Shown here piece by piece: positions 59,601 to 64,000 of a stretch of DNA of 64,000 bases. Within the stretch, counting starts at the first letter, position 1. Every line of letters begins with the position of its first letter. Below the pieces are notes generated by a model. It was not told the DNA's origin. It saw nothing but the letters and a program-made list of their open reading frames with translations, and did no database searches. The DNA is from Bacteriovoracia bacterium (lineage in GTDB: Bacteria > Bdellovibrionota > UBA1018 > JBFWNL01). The DNA lies in NCBI GenBank assembly GCA_050251055.1, contig JBFWNL010000003.1:128001-192000 (forward strand), read 5' to 3'. The translations under genes and the position numbers were made by a program.

Positions 59601-60047
59601 GTATACGTGCGCATAGATCGCGATCGTGCGAGGTTTATAGCACTCCCGGATCACGTCTCGGCAGCTCGGCAGCGGAGTATTGGGATCGTTATCGCAGCCA
59701 GGATTGCCGCAGAACTCGGGAAAGAGTTCGCGGGTGGTTGGATCGGCGCAGATCGGCACGGAAGGAAAGCTCGTCGGACCGGGCCCGCCCGGACCCGCTC
59801 CTCCGCCGCCACCGCCGCCTCCCGAAGTGATGCCAGTAATACCGCCGCCGCCTTCCTCGCAGTCGGTGGGCAGGGGGCCGCCTTGCTGACGCCGGCATTC
59901 GCAGTACGAGGGAAAAGGGCCAGAGCCGCCGAACGGGGCTTCGCCCGGAATCACGCCTCCATCAATATAGACGTCACAGCGAGGATCCACGCTCGCAAGC
60001 GCGGCGTGAGACACGAGCAACCCTAAGGCGAATAAAACGTACTTCAT
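56682..60047 (-). CDS. Large secreted Cys-rich multidomain protein (adhesin-like)
   Basis: ATG 60047 behind GGGGG; signal peptide ALA-S; Cys-rich N-terminus with poly-Gly linker; tandem beta-rich modules delimited by Cys-(x)-Pro. Confidence 0.75.
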   Translation of the reverse strand: MKYVLFALGLLVSHAALASVDPRCDVYIDGGVIPGEAPFGGSGPFPSYCECRRQQGGPLPTDCEEGGGGITGITSGGGGGGGGAGPGGPGPTSFPSVPICADPTTRELFPEFCGNPGCDNDPNTPLPSCRDVIRECYKPRTIAIYAHVYAATGGAPVRTAIVCQNSQDPIDRKYLDAQREQQIWSHLQHGLTGPWFEQFIQPDRTDVPACGDDVNPNRVLDVKVGEGVRLFALQLAACSSFQSDHTCANILRACQLDANGNCAGGNGYVLDAQASSEWNRGRMAWGAMENPAQDIESVGGGSVRGSFVFEPTAVRYRCDSPSNPALCECPREGERYNPTFGIIAGSNPPKWEITCKPSPSNYGVTQHPNIPSTGELYVNVLPTSPQRQGWGWTGTGEQDMGPRVWRVSRRIYDRITDGADILNQSGTIVKRQLLEFQSLNAIERGSVRFYLRIFPECQPENLALSPQPNQVWGGASSVAQASFSVAAPSSAEIPWGCGQNRFQYDVASGVQGSLGSYTPGPQFSDSFAVDRVINPGEAGQSLSVSAVWAALAFPAANPSGPAPAGDYQLRVRWTPYSALGPWPALTPEFAQYVGRETTAVVQVRACPAPQELYSQLTLAVNPASPTAIIEAGAAQFTIQGTVNAQYQSLPASCDYRVQIRRSAAGGDRVLRRVSNGQYTGVNWEAAAPRGSAVTVASYLTHSPNLPTPPPTALSTAVAADSDLAYGDHGYYARVTLGAQSRDSSTATVRIAAASCPRLNFNSFTFTPPTIPESGAQAVTQVSATGQFASTPPAACFPYAVQMSWPGRGVVYSASVPNAQAPLAWSFALSINGNQPTLPVHVPNVSPGTYALEFRSQSNPSAGTPVVGTRTANLTVEAVTAACPANWPWIHSFDPIGPITPDFPDGSPYVRTISWAQFTGQISRIHSITIEGLTPTAPIQSSGGQWFGGRYVGDSYLSGVAYPEQVFPEVFATVPTGCRPERIELAYKAPGQSQFQPFDPHNPGFAYPGVVYGPSQGGCASQFGGANCFVWGGANTTVAYHRDDGVVTPGSTPGNYYFLWTEPGLYEVSARVMSANGQSLREGRYFIRIGDPGQTQTVILSMDEEVDMMIGAPNRRFGLTNN

Positions 60048-60073
60048 GATTTTCCCCCAACCTTTAGAAAATT

Positions 60074-60157
60074 TTTCCAGCCGGAAGTTGATGACCGTTA
60101 TTGGGGCAAGGGCTAATTGGGCTCTGGGATTAGGCTCAGTCAACTTCCGGCTGGAAA
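60074..60157. repeat. Perfect 18-bp inverted repeat with 48-nt spacer in the leader of the large secreted gene
   Basis: TTTCCAGCCGGAAGTTGA (60074-60091) / TCAACTTCCGGCTGGAAA (60140-60157). Confidence 0.85.
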
Positions 60158-60239
60158 TTTAGGAAGACCGATCGCAAGTATCCGTTTCCGTCTTTTCAAA
60201 CCCCTCCGGGTTTTCGGGCTTCCTTGTTTAAGAGCATAT

Positions 60240-60389
60240 GACGCGATGCATTTTTTATCAAGTATTTTTTTAAATTTTGTTTATTATTATTTTTAAAAAT
60301 TAAATAAAATTTAAATATTTCAAATATTTAATAAACAAAATGAATCAAATATTTTACTTTTTTTATATTTTTTGTTAATCTATTAAAAG
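60240..60389. promoter_or_regulatory. Very AT-rich divergent promoter region
   Basis: About 140 nt almost entirely A/T in a GC-rich background, between divergent genes. Confidence 0.65.
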
Positions 60390-61220
60390 ATGAAACCGGA
60401 AGGAACTCCCCAGCTTTTCAAATACCATGACTATCGGGAGTTCCTGCGCGATTGGATTTCGCATCGACGAAACGCCCAGGGCGATACGGCAGCGGCCATC
60501 GCCCAGCGCGCGAAGCTGACGCCGGCATATCTTTCCATGGTTCTCCAAGGGAAGCGCCCCTTCACCCGAAGTGCAATCAAAAAGCTTCTTCCCCACCTTG
60601 GCCTGCCCGAAGCCCATTGGGACTTTCTCTTAGCCCTTTGGCAGCTTGCCGATGGCCGCACCCCGGCTTCGCGCACGGCCGCGCTCAAACGCATTCAGAA
60701 GTCACTCACCTACCGCCAAGAGAACCCTTCCGAGTTCGAGGTTTTCCAGTTCCTGAGCCATCCTCTATATCCGGTTTTGCGGGAGATCGCCGGCGTGCAA
60801 GGCTTTCGCGCCGACGCGCGCTGGATTCAAAAAAAATGTCGACAAAAAGCCAGCCCCAAGGAAATCGAAGCGGCGCTACAGTTCCTGGTGAAGCACGGAT
60901 TCCTTTTGGAAAAGGACGGCAAGATTCAGTATCCGGAAAAACCGCTTCGCTGTGCGGATCGCGTGTTTCGTCTGGCCTCGGCCGAATACCATCGCTTGCT
61001 CCACGAGCAAGCCGTCCGAGCGATTTACGATCTGCCCCACGAAGAAAAAAAGATGCGCGCGCAGACGATCGGGGTATCTCGCGAGACATTCGAAAAGGTG
61101 AAGGACCGTATCGACGCGTTCATGGATGAAATTTTCGCGCTCACTACCGCCGAATCCAAGCGGGAATCCGTATACCACATCCAACTCAACGCCTTCTTAG
61201 CCACGGAGCCCGGAGAATGA
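60390..61220 (+). CDS. TIGR02147/DUF4423-family putative transcriptional regulator
   Basis: FKYHDYREFLRDW, HTH (AYLSMVLQGKRP), YPVLRE, ADARWI, YH, C-terminal VYHIQLNAF. Confidence 0.85.
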   Translation: MKPEGTPQLFKYHDYREFLRDWISHRRNAQGDTAAAIAQRAKLTPAYLSMVLQGKRPFTRSAIKKLLPHLGLPEAHWDFLLALWQLADGRTPASRTAALKRIQKSLTYRQENPSEFEVFQFLSHPLYPVLREIAGVQGFRADARWIQKKCRQKASPKEIEAALQFLVKHGFLLEKDGKIQYPEKPLRCADRVFRLASAEYHRLLHEQAVRAIYDLPHEEKKMRAQTIGVSRETFEKVKDRIDAFMDEIFALTTAESKRESVYHIQLNAFLATEPGE

Positions 61221-62284
61221 ACGCCTTTCGTTTCTACGTGGCATTTTCACTCGCGCTCGTCACCGGATGCGGGGCTCGTTTTCATCAGGTCGTCGAATCC
61301 AAATTCTACGTGCTCACGGCCGGAATCAATTTCATCACGATTTATGCGAATCCTTACCACGGGGACGGGCTGCGCCTCGCCACCCACTACACCAAGGAAG
61401 ACCTGGGACTCACCTACCTCTATCCCTACGTGGCCTTATTTGACCCATTACATCAGTTCATTTACATCCCCAACCGAACGGGCAACCAACTTCTGAGTTA
61501 TCAACTTAACTCCGATCTAGGCACGCTTTTACCGGTATCATCTCTGACTGTTTCCAATCCGCGCGGTCTCGTCGCCGACTCTAGCTTCACCCACCTGTAT
61601 GCGAGCTATGGCGGTCCCGGAGGAATCCAGCCCGTGAGTTTAGACCGGGCGACGGGGGCCATGGAAACCCAAGGCTTTGGCGTGCTCGCTACTTCATCCC
61701 AGGAAATGCTGATTAGCCCTAACGAAAGATTCGTATTTACCCACGCCGCGCAGACCGGTCAAATGTATGTGTTTCTGCGCAATGCGACCACGGGCAACCT
61801 CTCTTCTGGAAGCAACGCCTACGATTTCGGAACCGGAGCAGCCCGCAACTTTGCATTTTCAGACGATGGAACCCAGCTGGTGGTAGCCGACAGCATCCTG
61901 AACAAAGTCTACCTGATGGACATCCACCCTGACTTAGGCACCTTGAGTCTTCGGCAAACAATTTCCTTAACGGAACCCAAGGATGTCATTCGCTGCGGGC
62001 CCAACCGCGATTTTTACGTCAGCGGGCCACAAAACCTATGGCGCTACACCTTAGCCGACGGAGTACTCACCCAAGCCCAAGCCCTCGTCATGCCGGGCAC
62101 GCTTTCCCGCTTAGGATGTAGACCGGATTCCGCCGCGCTCTTTGCCGTCATGACGGGTGGCGTGGCGAACGAGATTGTCACTTTCGGCTTCGTGGAAAAC
62201 GGCGACGCCTACCCAATGTCTTACGTGACCATCCCCACGACCACCTACACACCAGAAGTACTCACCGTCATGCGCGGACGGTAA
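61217..62284 (+). CDS. Lactonase-like beta-propeller lipoprotein
   Basis: Lipobox VTGC; blades ISPNERFVF, FSDDGTQLVVAD, repeated TG.L turns; ATGA overlap with the regulator. Confidence 0.7.
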   Translation: MNAFRFYVAFSLALVTGCGARFHQVVESKFYVLTAGINFITIYANPYHGDGLRLATHYTKEDLGLTYLYPYVALFDPLHQFIYIPNRTGNQLLSYQLNSDLGTLLPVSSLTVSNPRGLVADSSFTHLYASYGGPGGIQPVSLDRATGAMETQGFGVLATSSQEMLISPNERFVFTHAAQTGQMYVFLRNATTGNLSSGSNAYDFGTGAARNFAFSDDGTQLVVADSILNKVYLMDIHPDLGTLSLRQTISLTEPKDVIRCGPNRDFYVSGPQNLWRYTLADGVLTQAQALVMPGTLSRLGCRPDSAALFAVMTGGVANEIVTFGFVENGDAYPMSYVTIPTTTYTPEVLTVMRGR

Positions 62285-62316
62285 AAAAAAACCGCCCTCG
62301 CTTGCGCGAAGGCGGT
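62283..62316 (-). terminator. Intrinsic terminator
   Basis: Minus strand ACCGCCTTCGCGCAAGCGAGGGCGGT followed by a T run. Confidence 0.75.
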
Positions 62317-62348
62317 CTACATGAACATCTTTTACTTTTAGACGTCGA

Positions 62349-63005
62349 TTAGCGGCAAGCGTTGAGCGGCGTACGCGAGAACATCACGCCGTTAACGTCG
62401 TAGTTAGCCATCGCGGCCGTGCCACCGTCACGATCCACCAGGCGGGCCGTGTACTGCGTACGATCACCGTAGTAGTGATCTTCCACGTCTTGGTAGCCGT
62501 AGCGGGTAACGTCCACCCAGTAGCACTCGCGGCCATAGCGCGGGTGATAGCGGCAGACGTATTCCGAAATCGTGTAAGAGCAGGAGACCACGCGGCGTTC
62601 GCGGCGGTCTTCGTTTACGCGAGCGACCACGTCAAAAGCTAAGCCCACGGTTTGGCCCGTGTCGCCAGCATTCATACGCACGTTCTCGAGGCCGAGTACA
62701 ACGTCACGACCGGCCAGGTTCTTCACGATCGTGAGCGGCTGGTTGCCCAAATTGAACTCGATTTTCTTTCCGCTGCCGAGCTTCAGCAACATTCCGGACT
62801 GCACTTCCCCGTTCTTTTTCTTCGTGGCGAACTGCACTTGGCCCGTGGTCGGCCCAACCGGCAACACGACGGTTTTCTTCTTGGAATCCGTAAACGTAAT
62901 CGCCTGCTTCACTTCGAAACCGGTCAAAGGATCCAGTTCGGTCTTATCGCAAGCGGTGGTAACCAAAGCGGCGGCCACCAAAATCCCCAGGTGATTGATC
63001 TTCAT
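62349..63005 (-). CDS. Hypothetical Cys-hairpin lipoprotein, paralog of 48572..49225
   Basis: Lipobox TTAC; ATG 63005 behind GGAGG; collinear with its paralog. Confidence 0.8.
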   Translation of the reverse strand: MKINHLGILVAAALVTTACDKTELDPLTGFEVKQAITFTDSKKKTVVLPVGPTTGQVQFATKKKNGEVQSGMLLKLGSGKKIEFNLGNQPLTIVKNLAGRDVVLGLENVRMNAGDTGQTVGLAFDVVARVNEDRRERRVVSCSYTISEYVCRYHPRYGRECYWVDVTRYGYQDVEDHYYGDRTQYTARLVDRDGGTAAMANYDVNGVMFSRTPLNACR

Positions 63006-63141
63006 AACTTCCTCCCTTTTGTGGCCCTGTCTTGCCATATTAATGACGCAGAAGGAAAGAAAAGAGACCCGCCTCTAGAATTATTAATAACGCGATAGGT
63101 CATTCACCTCTGTATTTGGAATCACCGAAAAGAAAGACGCG

Positions 63142-64000
63142 ATGGCACGCTTCGATCAATTTCGACTTGTTGCGTTATTTATTTACTCATTCACCTGGGT
63201 AAATTTCGTCCAGGGTTCACCAGCTCAAGCCAATGTATTGGGATGCATCACCGATCGCCTCGAAGGGCACCTTGCCCCGGCTGCATCCGGAGTCATCACC
63301 CCTAAGCAAGGCCTTCTCGGAAAACAAAACCTCTCGCCCCGTTCCCCCGAACTTCGTTTTTGGATGAGCACCATCGACGGCCTAAGAAATTTCAATGACT
63401 TCCCGACGATTCACCCCACGGAAATCGTGGACTCCCGGGCTCTTCCCGACTTAGGTGGAATCGGAAACAAAGAAGTGCGCGAGGCGAGTTACCAAGGAAA
63501 AAAAGTATTCGTCAAGGTGATGGACCCGGCTACCCGCACGGAATCGCGCGCCCTGAACGAAGCCCGAATGACGATGATGCTTAACAAATTCGGACTCGGG
63601 CCCGAGTTCAAAGGAATCATGCGCACCGAAAGCGGTGACCTCGCCATCGTCACCGAACTGATCGATAAAGCCGTGGCCTTCAAACCCCAACGCCCAGACG
63701 CCCTACCCGAGAATTTCGTCGTAAAAGCTTCGCACCTCCAGGAGATCCGCGAAGCCGGGCAACGCCTGGAGGCGGCCGGAATCCGCTACACGCCCGATAT
63801 GCAGTTTATGCTGACGCCTGATGGACATGCGGTGCTAATCGATTGCGAATATTTCGCCCGGGAAATACCGGCCAATCCCCCGACCGACCTGCCCTATGAT
63901 CCGGTGAAAAACACCGAGTTCATTGCCGATCGCCTGCGCGAATGGGCTCGGCGACACCGGGGTGACGCGATCACCGAGGCGCCGGAAAAGTCCTCGCCAG
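63142..64000 (+). CDS. Secreted protein-kinase-like protein (3' truncated; absent from ORF track)
   Basis: Translated by hand, open to the window end: MARFDQFRLVALF...PAQA signal; LGGIGNKEV, KVFVK, NE, GLGPEF.G, IVTELI, PDMQFML, VLIDCE. Confidence 0.7.
   Translation, partial: MARFDQFRLVALFIYSFTWVNFVQGSPAQANVLGCITDRLEGHLAPAASGVITPKQGLLGKQNLSPRSPELRFWMSTIDGLRNFNDFPTIHPTEIVDSRALPDLGGIGNKEVREASYQGKKVFVKVMDPATRTESRALNEARMTMMLNKFGLGPEFKGIMRTESGDLAIVTELIDKAVAFKPQRPDALPENFVVKASHLQEIREAGQRLEAAGIRYTPDMQFMLTPDGHAVLIDCEYFAREIPANPPTDLPYDPVKNTEFIADRLREWARRHRGDAITEAPEKSSP

Noticed and set aside
59780-59855. GGC/CCG-rich tandem repeat as an array or contingency locus
   Set aside because: It encodes an in-frame poly-Gly linker with mixed codons.
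1-64000. CRISPR array, tRNA/rRNA, IS, integrase or prophage
   Set aside because: No regularly spaced repeats, RNA-gene signatures or mobility genes were recognised by eye; fibre-like motifs occur in exported host-type proteins with no phage structural genes nearby.

Overview
GC-rich bacterial chromosome segment, most likely from a Bdellovibrionota (Oligoflexia/Bdellovibrio-like) organism; this is inferred from the TIGR02147-like regulator, DUF4911, TPR/sigma-54/flgB gene order and the many secreted orphan proteins. Housekeeping blocks: flagellar basal-body operon flgBC-fliEFGHI with two sensor-less sigma-54 activators, mlaEFD, metK, split Tad genes (cpaC-cpaF ... tadB/C-like), and cpoB-LysM-dprA-topA. 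Two accessory regions stand out. (1) 29.5-40.8 kb: a KAS III / SDR / metallo-beta-lactamase-fold / F390-synthetase-like / ATP-grasp biosynthetic cluster with its own LolD/LolE-like ABC exporter, LolA-like carrier and outer-membrane barrel, lying between the Tad genes. (2) 48.5-63 kb: a region bracketed by two paralogous lipoprotein genes, carrying a large Cys-rich secreted protein and three collinear paralogs that join a pilin-like N-terminus to tail-fibre-like Cys-rich repeats (candidate heterotrimeric pilus-tip adhesin), opposite a TIGR02147-like regulator. A signal-peptide-bearing kinase-like ORF absent from the ORF track runs off the right end. A recurrent TGACGC-N5-GTCA-like palindrome marks several accessory promoters. 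No rRNA, tRNA, CRISPR array or transposase was recognised. All family assignments come from motif recognition by eye; no searches were run.
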